DNA of 64,000 bases from a bacterium. GTDB taxonomy: Bacteria > JADJOY01. The first letter of the stretch is position 1, and each line of letters opens with the position of its first letter. The notes under the pieces are model-generated. The model saw nothing but the letters and a program-made list of their open reading frames with translations. It was not told the origin of the DNA and did not search any database. Below, piece by piece: positions 1 through 9,972 of this stretch. The stretch lies in assembly GCA_046331705.1 (NCBI GenBank), contig JAXLQJ010000015.1, positions 62,001 to 126,000 of the forward strand, read 5' to 3'. Position numbers and translations under genes: made by a program.

Positions 1-890
1 CGTTTCACCAGCGGCTCGTAGATCTTGCCGACCGCGTAGACGCGCTCGACCGACGCGCACACCTGGCCGGCGTTGGCGAAGCCGCCCCACACGATGCCGC
101 GCGCGGCGCGTTCGAGATCCGCGTCCTCGCACGCGATGAGCGCGTCCTTGCCGCCCAGCTCCATGGAGCACGGGATCAGCATCTTGCCGCAGAGCTCCGC
201 GACCTTCTTGCCGGTCTCGACCGAACCCGTGAAGTTCACGTAGTTGGCGAGGCCGGTCTCGATCATCTTCGACGCCACCCGCCCGGGAGCGGTCACGACC
301 TGCACCAGGTCGGGATCGAGGCCCGCGTCGTGGAAGAGCTTGGCGCCGCGGGTGATGATGAGCGGCGTGAGGCTGGCGGGCTTGATGACGACGCTGTTCC
401 CCGCCATCAGCGCCATGCACACCTCGCCGTAGGTGATGGAGAACGGGAAATTCCAGGGCGAGATGATGAGGACCACGCCGCGCGGCCGGTAGTGGATGTA
501 GCTGCGCTTGTGCTTGAGCAGGTGCAGCTTGATGGGCTTCGGCGCGAGGATCTTCTCGGCGCGCTTGGCGAAGTAGGTCGATAGATCCGCGATCGGCATC
601 AGCTCCATGCTGATGGATTCCTGGCGCGTCTTGCCGTTCTCCTTCGAGATCAGCTCGGCGAGCTCGTCGATGTGATCGAGCAGCTGCTGGCGGAACGCGA
701 GAATCACCCGCGCGCGCTCGGCGAAGGATTTCGCGGCCCAGCGCTTCTGCGCCGCCGCCGCGCGCCGCAAGGCGTCCATCGCCTCGGACTCGCTCATCGA
801 CGGCACCTCGCCGATCTTCTCGCCGGTTGCGGGGTTGAAGCTCTCGATGACGGGACGCTCGAGATCGAGCTTGCGTGCAGCCTCGCCCAT
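1..890 (-). CDS. Aldehyde dehydrogenase family protein (5' part; runs off the window)
   Basis: Manual minus-strand translation from ATG at 890 (RBS GGAGGAG): MGEAARKLDL...NPATGE...ISPWNFPF...KPASLTP...FTGSVETG...MELGGKDA...ANAGQVCAS. These are the ALDH NAD-binding and catalytic Glu/Cys motifs. Confidence 0.93.
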   Translation of the reverse strand, partial: MGEAARKLDLERPVIESFNPATGEKIGEVPSMSESEAMDALRRAAAAQKRWAAKSFAERARVILAFRQQLLDHIDELAELISKENGKTRQESISMELMPIADLSTYFAKRAEKILAPKPIKLHLLKHKRSYIHYRPRGVVLIISPWNFPFSITYGEVCMALMAGNSVVIKPASLTPLIITRGAKLFHDAGLDPDLVQVVTAPGRVASKMIETGLANYVNFTGSVETGKKVAELCGKMLIPCSMELGGKDALIACEDADLERAARGIVWGGFANAGQVCASVERVYAVGKIYEPLVK

Positions 891-1031
891 GGTCTCCTCC
901 GTGGCGTTTGGGGGCGGAACGGAAAGCCGGCGCGCGTGGTACGTACGATTTGCGGCCGTGTCGGTTAGGCATACCATACGGCCCAAAACCTCGGGAAACC
1001 GCCGACGCGCGCACCGCGCGAGGAAACCACG

Positions 1032-1829
1032 ATGGAAAGCGCAGACGCACGCACGCACCGGCCGGTGGCGCTGGTCACCGGGGCCTCCGCGGGGCTGGGC
1101 CGCGTGTTCGCCGAACGCCTGGCGCGTGCGGGTCACGATCTGGTGCTGGTGGCGCGCGACCGCGCGCGACTCGCCGAGCTCGGTCGAGAGCTCGAGAACG
1201 CGCACGGTGGGCGCGCCGAGGTGCTCCCCGTCGACCTCGTGACGGCGACCGGTCGGGAGCGAGCCGCCGAGCGGGTGAGCCGAGGGATCGACTACCTGGT
1301 CAACAACGCCGGCTTCGGGACGGCGGGCGAGTTCGCGCGCCTGCCGGTGGGGCGCGAGCTCGAGCAGATCGAGCTCAACGTGGTGGCGCTGAGCCGGCTC
1401 ACGCGCGCGGCGCTGCCGCCGATGCTCGAGCGCAAACGCGGGCGCATCGTCAACGTGGCATCGCTCGCCGGTCTGGCGCCCGGCCCCTACACCGCGACCT
1501 ACAGCGCCACCAAGGCGTTCGTGATCTCGCTCACCGAGTCCCTGGCCGAGGAGGCGCGGCCCGGTGGTGTCCGGCTCATGGCGCTGTGCCCAGGGTTCAC
1601 GCGGACCGAGTTCCAGACGCGCGCCAACATGAACGTGGAGCACGTGCCGGCGATCGCGTGGATGAGCGCCGAAGCGGTGGTGGACTCGGCGCTGGCGGCG
1701 ATCGAGCGCGGCGAGGTGGTCCACATCCCCGGCACGCTCAATCAGCTCTCGCGCACGGGATTGCGCGTCGTGCCGCGCCGGATGGTGTCTCGAATGGTCG
1801 CGGCGGCGTCGCGACGGTTCACGCGTTGA
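1032..1829 (+). CDS. SDR family NAD(P)-dependent oxidoreductase
   Basis: TGASAGLG glycine motif, NNAG, catalytic YSATK. Confidence 0.93.
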   Translation: MESADARTHRPVALVTGASAGLGRVFAERLARAGHDLVLVARDRARLAELGRELENAHGGRAEVLPVDLVTATGRERAAERVSRGIDYLVNNAGFGTAGEFARLPVGRELEQIELNVVALSRLTRAALPPMLERKRGRIVNVASLAGLAPGPYTATYSATKAFVISLTESLAEEARPGGVRLMALCPGFTRTEFQTRANMNVEHVPAIAWMSAEAVVDSALAAIERGEVVHIPGTLNQLSRTGLRVVPRRMVSRMVAAASRRFTR

Positions 1830-2575
1830 TTCGCGAGCTGGTCGAGTCGTTCGTCTTTCAGCCGACGCGCCGCCTGGAGTGGACGCCGGCGGATCTCGCG
1901 CTCGCCTACGAGGACGTCTGGCTCCGCACCGCGGATGGCGTGCGCATCCACGGCTGGTGGGTGCCCGCGGGACGCGCTGCGCCGGTGTTGCTCTTCTGCC
2001 ACGGCAACGCCGGAAACATCGGCGACCGGGTCGGCAACGTGAGGCTCCTCCACGACGCCGGGATCTCGGTGCTGATCTTCGACTACCGCGGCTACGGCCG
2101 CAGCGAGGGCAAGCCGAGCGAGGCCGGCGTGTACGCCGACGCGCACGCCGCCTGGGATTGGCTGACCGCCGAGCGAGGTGTGCCGGTGGCGCGCGTGAGC
2201 CTCTTCGGCCGCAGCCTCGGCGGCGCTGTCGCCATCGAGCTCGCGACGCACGTGACGCCGCATCGGCTGATCGTCGAGTCCACGTTCACGTCGATCCCCG
2301 ACATGGTGCCGCTGGCGTTGCCGTTCGTTCCCAGGGCGCTGGTGCCCAGGCTCTTCGATTCGATCGGCAGGATCGGCCGCGTGAGCTGCCCGGTGCTGGT
2401 GCTGCACGGCACCCGCGACGAGCTGGTGCCGTTCGAGATGGGGCGCTCGCTCTACGCCGAGATCCGCTCCGCCAAGCGCTTCGCGCCCATCGAGGGCGCG
2501 GGCCACAACGACACCGTGGACGTGGGCGGCGCGCCCTACATCGCCACCCTTCGCGAGCTCGTGTCGGAGCCGTGA
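1826..2575 (+). CDS. Alpha/beta hydrolase (Bem46/ABHD-like)
   Basis: C-terminal part of ORF 875..2575. TTG start overlaps the SDR stop (TTGA). Motifs HGNAG, DYRGYG, GRSLG nucleophile elbow, HGTRDE, GAGHND. Confidence 0.88.
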   Translation: MIRELVESFVFQPTRRLEWTPADLALAYEDVWLRTADGVRIHGWWVPAGRAAPVLLFCHGNAGNIGDRVGNVRLLHDAGISVLIFDYRGYGRSEGKPSEAGVYADAHAAWDWLTAERGVPVARVSLFGRSLGGAVAIELATHVTPHRLIVESTFTSIPDMVPLALPFVPRALVPRLFDSIGRIGRVSCPVLVLHGTRDELVPFEMGRSLYAEIRSAKRFAPIEGAGHNDTVDVGGAPYIATLRELVSEP

Positions 2576-4767
2576 GCGTCGACGGCGCCCGTCGACTCCG
2601 CGGGCTCGCTTTCGGCTGGTCCGTCGGCAGCGGAATCGAGCGGCGCGGGTTCTTCAGCGGCGATCCTCGCCTCCGCGTCCGCTGGGACGCCGGCGGTCGG
2701 TGTGCGGGGCTCCGGGAACGCGGTCTCGAAGACGATGCGGTCGAGCACCGTCGCCAGCCAGCGTTGCTCGGCTGCATCCAGGTGGGCGCCGAGTCGCACC
2801 CGCGCGTGAGCGAGGAGCGGTAGGGCGAACGCGCGACGGAGGCGCAGCCGCACGGCGGCAGGGCGCTCGGCGGGATCGTCGGCGCGCGGCGCCCGACGCC
2901 GTCGCTCGACGGCTTCGACGCGCTCGATCGGCACACGCCGCGCGGTGGACCCCAGCGCGCGCACCCGGCGCAGGGTCAGGGTGTCGTGGTTCACGCGGAT
3001 CTCGATCGCCCGGGTGCTGGCGGCCGCCACGGCGCGCGCCAGCCACACCACGCCGAGCGCGGCGCTCGTCCACGCGAGCACCCGCAGCTGGCCGATGTGG
3101 GTCACCGCCGTCGCACGGTGGAGTCCGTACGCGCCCGCAACGCAGACGAGGCCGGGCACGAGCCGCCGCAGCCGTCGCCCGAGTGGTTCGGCGCGGACGG
3201 TGACGATCGCGCCGTGGACGGGACTCGTGGTGATCGCGAGGTCGTCGCCGGGCGGCGAGTCGATCTCCATGCGGCCGAGGCTGGCGCTCAGCGCCTCGGC
3301 GACGGACCACGTGCGCTCGCAGCGCTCGCAGACCACGGCCTCGACCGGTTCGCCGGGCGGTCCCGGGCGCTCGTCGAGCGGCGCGCGGCACGCCGGGCAC
3401 GCGAGCTCGTGGCGCGGCACCCATCCAGGCATGCGACCCCACCGCCACGCGGCGTGCGCAGCGGCGTCGCGAATCGCCTGCGCGAGGCGTGCCGCCCCCT
3501 CCGCGGTGAGCCATGACGCGATCGCGACCACGCGCGGTCCCGAGCGGATGCACACGCGCCAGCGGTCCGCCGGCGGGACGGTGCGCCCGCGCCGCCGCGG
3601 GGCGATGGCCGCGATCGACGTGGTGCGCTCGTAGCCGAGCGCCGCGCTCCGCACGAGCGGTCCGTGGCGCCATTCGATGCGCAGCCCGTCGCGTCGCAAG
3701 CGAATGCGATGGGGTGGCAACGGGAGCGCCACCCACAGCACCAGGCGAGCCAGGGCGGCGAGCACCGCGGCGAGCAGCGCGACCCGGCCGGCCATCGTGA
3801 CCGCACGGCCGAGGGTGGCGCCGCTCGCCATCGCGACGGCGCCGAGCACCGCCAAGCACACCACGGGAAACGCGAGCCGCCGCATCCGTGCCGCGAGTCG
3901 CGTCGCCAGGCTCGCGGAGGCGGGCAGGTCGAGAACGCTCTCGGCGCCGTGCGCCGTGGCAGCGAGGCGCGCGCCGGTGGGCTGGGGGCCGTCGAGCTCG
4001 CGCTCGCGCGCGAGCTCGACCCAGGCGGCGCAGCCGTCGCACCAGGCGATCGCTGGCTCGGGGAGCGACGCGGGATCGGCGGCGATCACGTGCTCCGCGC
4101 CGCAGCGAGCGCAACGCACCGCGCCTGCGCCCAGCTCGGGCGCGGTGGTGGGCGCCAGGTTCGGGCCGTGCGGTCGCGTCCGGCCGTGGGCGCCGTCGGC
4201 GCGCTCGATCCACGGCGCCAAGCGCTCGAGCACCTCGCTCGCCGCGTCGTCGTCGAGCCCGCGACCGAAGCGCACCGGACGCGCACCGAGCTGGAACGAA
4301 AGTCGCGGGACGGGCCACCAGCGTGCGAGCGCCGCCGCCCATCGGCCGCCGGGTGGATCCATCACGCCGAGCGCCCGGATCGACTCCACCGGGTAGCTCT
4401 CCGTCCGGCTGGCGAGGCGCCCATGGACTTCGCGCCAGAGCGTCCGCGAATCGCTGCGCAACACCTCGCGCTCGCTGCGCGCCGCGCGGGCATGGCCCAG
4501 CACGACGGCGAGCGCGCCGAGCGCCAGCAATGCGATGGCGACCGCGATCCATGGCCCCTCGCGCAGCGGCGCGGCGCGTCCGAGGGCATCCGCTCCGGCG
4601 CGCGCCAGCGCGACCCAGCCCGCGACCTCGAGCCACACGGCCACGGCGAACGCGAGGTCCAGGGCGCGATCCGGCGTCGCATCGCCGCGGATCGAGATCG
4701 TGATCTCGTCGGCGTGTTCGTCGACGTCGAGGGTGGCGCCCGGGAGCGGCGCGAGGATCGGCGGCAT
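2536..4767 (-). CDS. Hypothetical multi-pass membrane protein, three TM-hairpin + PH-like modules separated by two Zn-ribbons
   Basis: C-terminal part of ORF 2536..7635 from MPPILAPL. Three hydrophobic hairpins, each followed by a similar soluble segment. Linkers CARC..WCDGC and CPAC..VCERC. Start codon uncertain. Confidence 0.65.
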   Translation of the reverse strand: MPPILAPLPGATLDVDEHADEITISIRGDATPDRALDLAFAVAVWLEVAGWVALARAGADALGRAAPLREGPWIAVAIALLALGALAVVLGHARAARSEREVLRSDSRTLWREVHGRLASRTESYPVESIRALGVMDPPGGRWAAALARWWPVPRLSFQLGARPVRFGRGLDDDAASEVLERLAPWIERADGAHGRTRPHGPNLAPTTAPELGAGAVRCARCGAEHVIAADPASLPEPAIAWCDGCAAWVELARERELDGPQPTGARLAATAHGAESVLDLPASASLATRLAARMRRLAFPVVCLAVLGAVAMASGATLGRAVTMAGRVALLAAVLAALARLVLWVALPLPPHRIRLRRDGLRIEWRHGPLVRSAALGYERTTSIAAIAPRRRGRTVPPADRWRVCIRSGPRVVAIASWLTAEGAARLAQAIRDAAAHAAWRWGRMPGWVPRHELACPACRAPLDERPGPPGEPVEAVVCERCERTWSVAEALSASLGRMEIDSPPGDDLAITTSPVHGAIVTVRAEPLGRRLRRLVPGLVCVAGAYGLHRATAVTHIGQLRVLAWTSAALGVVWLARAVAAASTRAIEIRVNHDTLTLRRVRALGSTARRVPIERVEAVERRRRAPRADDPAERPAAVRLRLRRAFALPLLAHARVRLGAHLDAAEQRWLATVLDRIVFETAFPEPRTPTAGVPADAEARIAAEEPAPLDSAADGPAESEPAESTGAVDAHGSDTSSRRVAM

Positions 4768-4829
4768 GGACGCGGCGCTCGGCGGGATCGGTCCGCGCGC
4801 CGCTCGGGCGCTCGGATGTCGGGAATCGC

Positions 4830-7607
4830 TCAGTCGGTGCTCGCCCACGCGCGCCAGCGCGCGGGGTCGTCGCCCAGGTCCTCGCCCGCGAGGCGGGTCA
4901 GCGTCTGGTGCGCCGCCCGCGCCACCCGCGGCTCGGGGCTCGAGAGCTTCTCGATCACGTGCGCCGCAGCGCGCTTGTTCCCGATCGTCGCGATCGCGAG
5001 GCAGATCTCCACCGTCGCGCTCGCGTCGGTCTCGCGATCGAGGGCGACGACCAGCGGATCGAGGGATTCGGTCTTCGCGAGCTGCCTCAAGCCCGAGGCC
5101 GCCGCGGCGCGCGCATGCGCCCCGCCGGTGGCGAGCACCTTCTCGAGATCGTCGCGGGCACTGTCGCCCGCGATGCCCACGAGCGCCGTCGCCGCGGCCT
5201 GGGAGACGCTGGGGTCGAGATCGGAGATCGCCGCCAGCAGCAGCTTGTCCGCTCCCGGCACACGTTGCTGGGACATCCGGTACACGGCGGTGAGCCGCTG
5301 CGTGGCGTTGCCCTCGCGCAGCATGCGCGTGGTCACGTCCGCGTCGCGCGCGGGGCTGGGCGCCATGCCCAGGCCTTCCAGCGCTTCGATCTCGCGCGCT
5401 CGATTGCCGGCGACGTCGCGCTCGAAGTTGCGCAGCGCGCTGGGCAGCTCGGCGATGCTGACGCGCTCCGCGTCCGCGCCGCCGCCGCTGTCGCTCGCGC
5501 GCGGAGCGGCCAGCCGATCGATCGCGGCTTGCGCTTCGATGCGGTAGACACCGCCCCGATAGAGCACCTGCATCAACGCCGGGAACGCCGAGAGCTTGCC
5601 GACCGCGCCGAGCGTGCGCACCGCGTGCAGCGTCAGGCTTTGATCTTCGCGCAGGTCCGTGACCAGGAGCTTGAGGGCATCCTGCATGTCGGTGAGGTGC
5701 AGCGCCTCGATCAGGTCGAGCGTCGCGTGGCGCAGCTCCGGTGGCGCGTCGATGTCGAGGTTCATCTCGAGCGTGCGCGCCAGGTCCGCGCGGCGCTGCT
5801 CGGCGTCGCGCGGCAAAGCATCCCTCCAGCTCGCGAGACTCTGGGTGGCGACCAGGCGGACCGCAGGCGAGGGGTCGCGCAGCGCGCCGCCGAGCAACGC
5901 GTACGCACGCTGCGCCAGCTTGGGTGCCGCGAGCCGCCCGGTGCGGCGATCGGCGGCCAGGGTCTCGATCGCGAGCCGCCGCACCTCGGGGTCCTTGCTC
6001 GAGAGGCGCTCCGCGGCACCTCCCAGCGGATCGCGGAACCAGAAGGCCAGGCCACCCGCCGCTGCCGCGGCCACCACCACCACGGCCAACGCGGGCGCGG
6101 CCCACGCCCGCTTGCGCTTCACCGTCTTGGTGACGCGCGTCAGCACCGATGGCGCGGCCACCGAGATCTCGGCGCCTTGCAGGAAGCGGTCGATGTCGTC
6201 GGCCAGCGCACCCGCCGAGGGGTACCGATTCGAGCGGTCCTTCTCGAGGGCCTTGAGCGCGATCCGTTCCACCTCCGGATCGACCTTGGGGTTGAGGGTC
6301 CGCATCGGCGGTGGATCCTCGAAGAGCACCTGGCGCAAGGTCTCGGCGAGCGACGCGCCGTGGAACGGCGGCGAGCCGGTGAGCAGCTCGTAGAGCATCG
6401 CGCCCAGGCTGAACACGTCGCTCAGCCGATCGACCTCGTGGATCCGTCCGTCGGCCTGCTCGGGCGCCATGTAGTTCGGCGTGCCCATGAGATCGCCGGT
6501 CTGGGAGAGCATGCTCTGTGAGCCATCGAGGTCCTTGGCGAGACCGAAGTCCATGACGCGCGGCTCGCGGCGCGTGTCGATCATGACGTTCGCGGGCTTG
6601 AGGTCGCGGTGCACGATCCCCTGCTCGTGGGCGTAGTCGAGGGCGCGCGCCACCTTCGACATCAGCGCCAGCGAGGTGCGGGTGTTGCCGCGCTCGCCCT
6701 TGGCCAGATCCAAGAGCGTCCGGCCCTCGACGAACTCCATGACCAGGAAGCGCGTGCCGTCGATCTCGCCGTACTCGTGGATCGGCACGATGCACGGATG
6801 CTGCAGACGGGCGATGGTGCGTGCCTCGCGCTCGAAGCGCTTGATCGCCGCCTGGTTCGCCGCGTTGCCGCCGATCAGCGTCTTGATCGCGACGAACCGG
6901 TCGAGCTTCGGATCGCGCGCCTTGTAGACGATCCCCATGCCGCCGCGCCCGATCTCCTCGACGATCTCGTAGCGGCCGAAGGTGCGTGGCGTCGCTCGCG
7001 GCTCGGGCTTGGGCGGGAGCGGCGCGGCGATCGACGGCGCCCGTGTGATGCCCAGCGCGAGCTTGGGGCGCTCGACGTCGGGGGTGACCGTGGCTGCAGG
7101 CTTGCGCGGGATCGAGTCCGCGGGCGCCGTCGGCGCCTCCTGATCGAAGCCGCTCATGAGCCAATCGTCGCGATCCGCGGCGTCGCGTGCGTTCGAGTCG
7201 CTCGACGCGGGATCGACGGGCGGGCGCGGCGGGTCGTCGAAGGACACCGCGGCGCGCGGGTCGTCCGAGATGTTGATGAACGCCGAGTCCTCGGCGGGGT
7301 CGAGGTTGATGCCCTCGATGCCCGGCGCGGACGCGGTCAGCGGCAGATCCGCGGCGGCCTCGCGGACGCTCTCCACGAGCGTCGCCGCGACCTCCCCGCT
7401 CGAGCCGTGGTGATCCGACCCCTCGCTCGCCGCAGCGACGTGGATCGAGGTCGTGCCGCCCACGCCGCGATAGCGGGTCGCGTGGCCACAGCGACGGCAG
7501 CGGTACGCCTTGCCCAGCTCGAGCGTGGTCGCCGCGTACACCGTCCGGCACTGCTCGCACACGAACCGGACGGGCTGATTCGACGCGGAGCGGGACGCGG
7601 CATCCAT
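4830..7607 (-). CDS. Hanks-type Ser/Thr protein kinase with N-terminal Zn-ribbon, TM segment and C-terminal HEAT-like repeats
   Basis: GRGGMG, VAIK, HRDLKPAN, DFG, GTPNYMAPE. N-terminal CEQC..CRRC. Hydrophobic AWAAPALAVVVVAAAAAGGLAFW. HEAT-like units such as LRDPSPAVRLVATQSL. Confidence 0.93.
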   Translation of the reverse strand: MDAASRSASNQPVRFVCEQCRTVYAATTLELGKAYRCRRCGHATRYRGVGGTTSIHVAAASEGSDHHGSSGEVAATLVESVREAAADLPLTASAPGIEGINLDPAEDSAFINISDDPRAAVSFDDPPRPPVDPASSDSNARDAADRDDWLMSGFDQEAPTAPADSIPRKPAATVTPDVERPKLALGITRAPSIAAPLPPKPEPRATPRTFGRYEIVEEIGRGGMGIVYKARDPKLDRFVAIKTLIGGNAANQAAIKRFEREARTIARLQHPCIVPIHEYGEIDGTRFLVMEFVEGRTLLDLAKGERGNTRTSLALMSKVARALDYAHEQGIVHRDLKPANVMIDTRREPRVMDFGLAKDLDGSQSMLSQTGDLMGTPNYMAPEQADGRIHEVDRLSDVFSLGAMLYELLTGSPPFHGASLAETLRQVLFEDPPPMRTLNPKVDPEVERIALKALEKDRSNRYPSAGALADDIDRFLQGAEISVAAPSVLTRVTKTVKRKRAWAAPALAVVVVAAAAAGGLAFWFRDPLGGAAERLSSKDPEVRRLAIETLAADRRTGRLAAPKLAQRAYALLGGALRDPSPAVRLVATQSLASWRDALPRDAEQRRADLARTLEMNLDIDAPPELRHATLDLIEALHLTDMQDALKLLVTDLREDQSLTLHAVRTLGAVGKLSAFPALMQVLYRGGVYRIEAQAAIDRLAAPRASDSGGGADAERVSIAELPSALRNFERDVAGNRAREIEALEGLGMAPSPARDADVTTRMLREGNATQRLTAVYRMSQQRVPGADKLLLAAISDLDPSVSQAAATALVGIAGDSARDDLEKVLATGGAHARAAAASGLRQLAKTESLDPLVVALDRETDASATVEICLAIATIGNKRAAAHVIEKLSSPEPRVARAAHQTLTRLAGEDLGDDPARWRAWASTD

Positions 7608-7778
7608 CGGATCGGGACCTGAGTCGACCGATCATATCCCACCATCGGACGCGCTTCGCACGCCACTGGCACTCGTCGCAGCACGTCGCCGAGCGGCGCG
7701 TCGAAGCTCGGCGCTCGTTGACCGGGCGGCGGGTGGCGGCTATGTCGCTCGTCCGTCGCGCCGAGACCGAGGACCGTC

Positions 7779-8777
7779 ATGACCACACTCCGTCGCCCGA
7801 TGTCGTTTCGCGAGCGCACCCGCCGGGTCGTCGGCAAGACCGCCATCGACGTCGGCTTGCGCAGTCTGTCGCGGGTCGGCCGGATGCACCCGCTGGCCGA
7901 TCCGGCGCGGCACGGCGTCGAGGTGCTGCGCGACGTGCCCTATCGCGCCAATCCCGCGCCGCACGAACGGCTCGACGTGTACCGGCCCATCGAGCGCCCG
8001 CGCCCGGCGCCGGCGGTCCTCTACATCCACGGCGGCGGGTTCCGCATTCTCTCGAAGGACACCCACTGGATGATGGGGCTCGCGTTCGCGCGGCGCGGCT
8101 TCGTGGTCTTCAACATCGACTACCGCCTGGCGCCGCGCCACCCGTATCCGGCGGCGCTCGAGGATGCGGCGGCCGCATACCGCTGGGTGGTCGAGCACGG
8201 CGCCGAGCACGGCGCCGACCCCACGCGCATCATCGTCGCCGGTGAATCCGCGGGCGCGAATCTCACCGCCGCGCTGACGCTGATCACGTGCTACCGCCGT
8301 CCCGAGCCGTGGACGAAGGCGGTGTGGGAGACCGAGCGCGTGCCCATCGCCGCCTTGCCGGCGTGCGGGATCTTGCAGGTTTCCGATCACGAGCGCTTTC
8401 GCCGTCGCAAGAAGCTGCGTCCGTGGCTCGCCGATCGCATCGCCGAGACCTGCGAGGCGTATCTCGGCGTCACCGATGCCACCGCGGCGGCCGATCGCGA
8501 TCTCGCCGATCCGCTGGTGATCCTGGAGCGCGGGATCGAGCCTGATCGGCCGCTGCCGCCCTTCTTCGCGGGCGTGGGCACGCGCGACCCGCTGCTCGAC
8601 GACACCCGCCGGCTGCAGGTGGCGCTCGACCGCCTCCGCGTGCCGTGCCGCACGCGCTACTACCCGGGCGAGGTCCACGCGTTCGAGGCGATCGTCTGGC
8701 GGCCCCAAGCGCAGCGCTTCTGGAACGACACCTTCGCGTTCCTGGCCGAGCACGGCATCGAGCCCCCGCGCCCCTGA
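7779..8777 (+). CDS. Alpha/beta hydrolase (HSL-type esterase/lipase)
   Basis: HGGGF, DYRLAP, GESAG, DPLLDD, HAF. Confidence 0.92.
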   Translation: MTTLRRPMSFRERTRRVVGKTAIDVGLRSLSRVGRMHPLADPARHGVEVLRDVPYRANPAPHERLDVYRPIERPRPAPAVLYIHGGGFRILSKDTHWMMGLAFARRGFVVFNIDYRLAPRHPYPAALEDAAAAYRWVVEHGAEHGADPTRIIVAGESAGANLTAALTLITCYRRPEPWTKAVWETERVPIAALPACGILQVSDHERFRRRKKLRPWLADRIAETCEAYLGVTDATAAADRDLADPLVILERGIEPDRPLPPFFAGVGTRDPLLDDTRRLQVALDRLRVPCRTRYYPGEVHAFEAIVWRPQAQRFWNDTFAFLAEHGIEPPRP

Positions 8778-8796
8778 AGCGGCCGCGTCGTCATCG

Positions 8797-9261
8797 TCAC
8801 GTGGCGCGCTGGCGCGCGCGACGCCGATCCACGAGGGCGGCAAGCGACGCGGCGCCGAGCCCGTAGGTGGCGATCGAAGCGATGAACAGGGGTGCGGGCC
8901 ACAGCAATGGCATGTCGAGGTAGCCATCGCCGCCGTAGGCCAGCGCGAGGATGAGCCGCGTGACTGGCCAGTGGATCGAGGCCTCGATGCGAACAGCGAG
9001 GGTCGCGGGCGAGATCGAGCACGGGTCGTAGTCGATCCGGAAGATTCCGATCGCGACGTTCGTCGACAGCAGCATCGGCAGCGCTGCGACCGTGTAGACC
9101 ACCACCGCGCCGGCCGCGAGGCGCCACGCGCGGCGAACGCGTTGTCGACGCCGATACGCTCGTGCCCAGGTCGCCATGTACGTGGCGAGCGTGGCCGCGA
9201 AGAGCCACACGAAGAGCACACCCGTTCGACTCTCGCCGAGCACGAGCCCGCCTGGGTTCAC
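8797..9261 (-). CDS. Hypothetical membrane protein
   Basis: About three hydrophobic segments. GTG start overlaps the stop of the upstream glycosyltransferase. Confidence 0.6.
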   Translation of the reverse strand: MNPGGLVLGESRTGVLFVWLFAATLATYMATWARAYRRRQRVRRAWRLAAGAVVVYTVAALPMLLSTNVAIGIFRIDYDPCSISPATLAVRIEASIHWPVTRLILALAYGGDGYLDMPLLWPAPLFIASIATYGLGAASLAALVDRRRARQRAT

Positions 9262-9953
9262 CGCACCTTGGGGTACCAGCGCTGCAGCCGCTCGGCGGGG
9301 ACGCCGTTGGTGAAGAGCAGCGTGATGACCCAGTTGCGCACGGTGGCGTAGAGGAGGCCTTCGCGTTCCCAGCGCCGCGGCGAGTTGGCGACGCGTTCGC
9401 GCAGCAAGCGCACCTGCCCCCTGCGCTTGAGCCTGCGCGCGAAGGCGACGTCCTCGAGAACCGGCAGCGGCGGAAACCCGCCCAGCTCCCGGAACAGGGC
9501 GCGGCGCACGAAGACCGCCTGGTCACCGTACGGGATGCCGGTGAGCGCGGCGCGCAGGTTCGCGCCCCATTCGATCACGCGATAGCGCGTGCGCGGATCG
9601 CGGATCGCCACCCGGAACGCCCCGGCGACCACGGCGGGATCCGCGAGCGTCGCGGCGACCGCGGCGAGTGCCCGCTCGGGAAGCTGCGTGTCCACGTGAA
9701 CGAAGAGCAGCACGTCGCCACGCGCGACGGCCGCCGCGGCGTTGAGCTGTGCGGCTCGTCCCGGCGCGGTGACGACCAGCCGATCCACCCGCGCGCGCGC
9801 CAGCGCCGCCGTGTCGTCGCGGCTACCGCCATCGGCGGCGACGATCTCGAACGGATCGAGCGACCGCAGCCGATCGAGCGAGTCGGCGACCAGTGGCTCC
9901 TCGTCGAGGAGCGGCACCACGATCGAGATGCGCGGTCGCTCTCCCGGGCTCAC
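9258..9953 (-). CDS. GT2 glycosyltransferase (TIGR04283-like)
   Basis: ISIVVPLLDE, ADGGSRD, GRAAQLN, LLFVHVDT, PYGDQ, GGFP..LED, SPRRW. Confidence 0.88.
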   Translation of the reverse strand: MSPGERPRISIVVPLLDEEPLVADSLDRLRSLDPFEIVAADGGSRDDTAALARARVDRLVVTAPGRAAQLNAAAAVARGDVLLFVHVDTQLPERALAAVAATLADPAVVAGAFRVAIRDPRTRYRVIEWGANLRAALTGIPYGDQAVFVRRALFRELGGFPPLPVLEDVAFARRLKRRGQVRLLRERVANSPRRWEREGLLYATVRNWVITLLFTNGVPAERLQRWYPKVR

Positions 9954-9972
9954 GACGCGGGTCTCGCGGCGC

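Noticed and set aside
2536-7635. 1699-aa minus-strand ORF as a single giant protein
   Set aside because: The N-terminal part is an Arg/Gly-rich shadow frame of the kinase gene. Only the part from 4767 looks like real protein.
7667-7682. TGGCAC as a sigma-54 promoter
   Set aside because: No GC at the required -12 spacing.
9258-9953. Arsenosugar biosynthesis cluster
   Set aside because: Only the TIGR04283-like glycosyltransferase is present; no partner glycosyltransferase, arsM or arsS is nearby.
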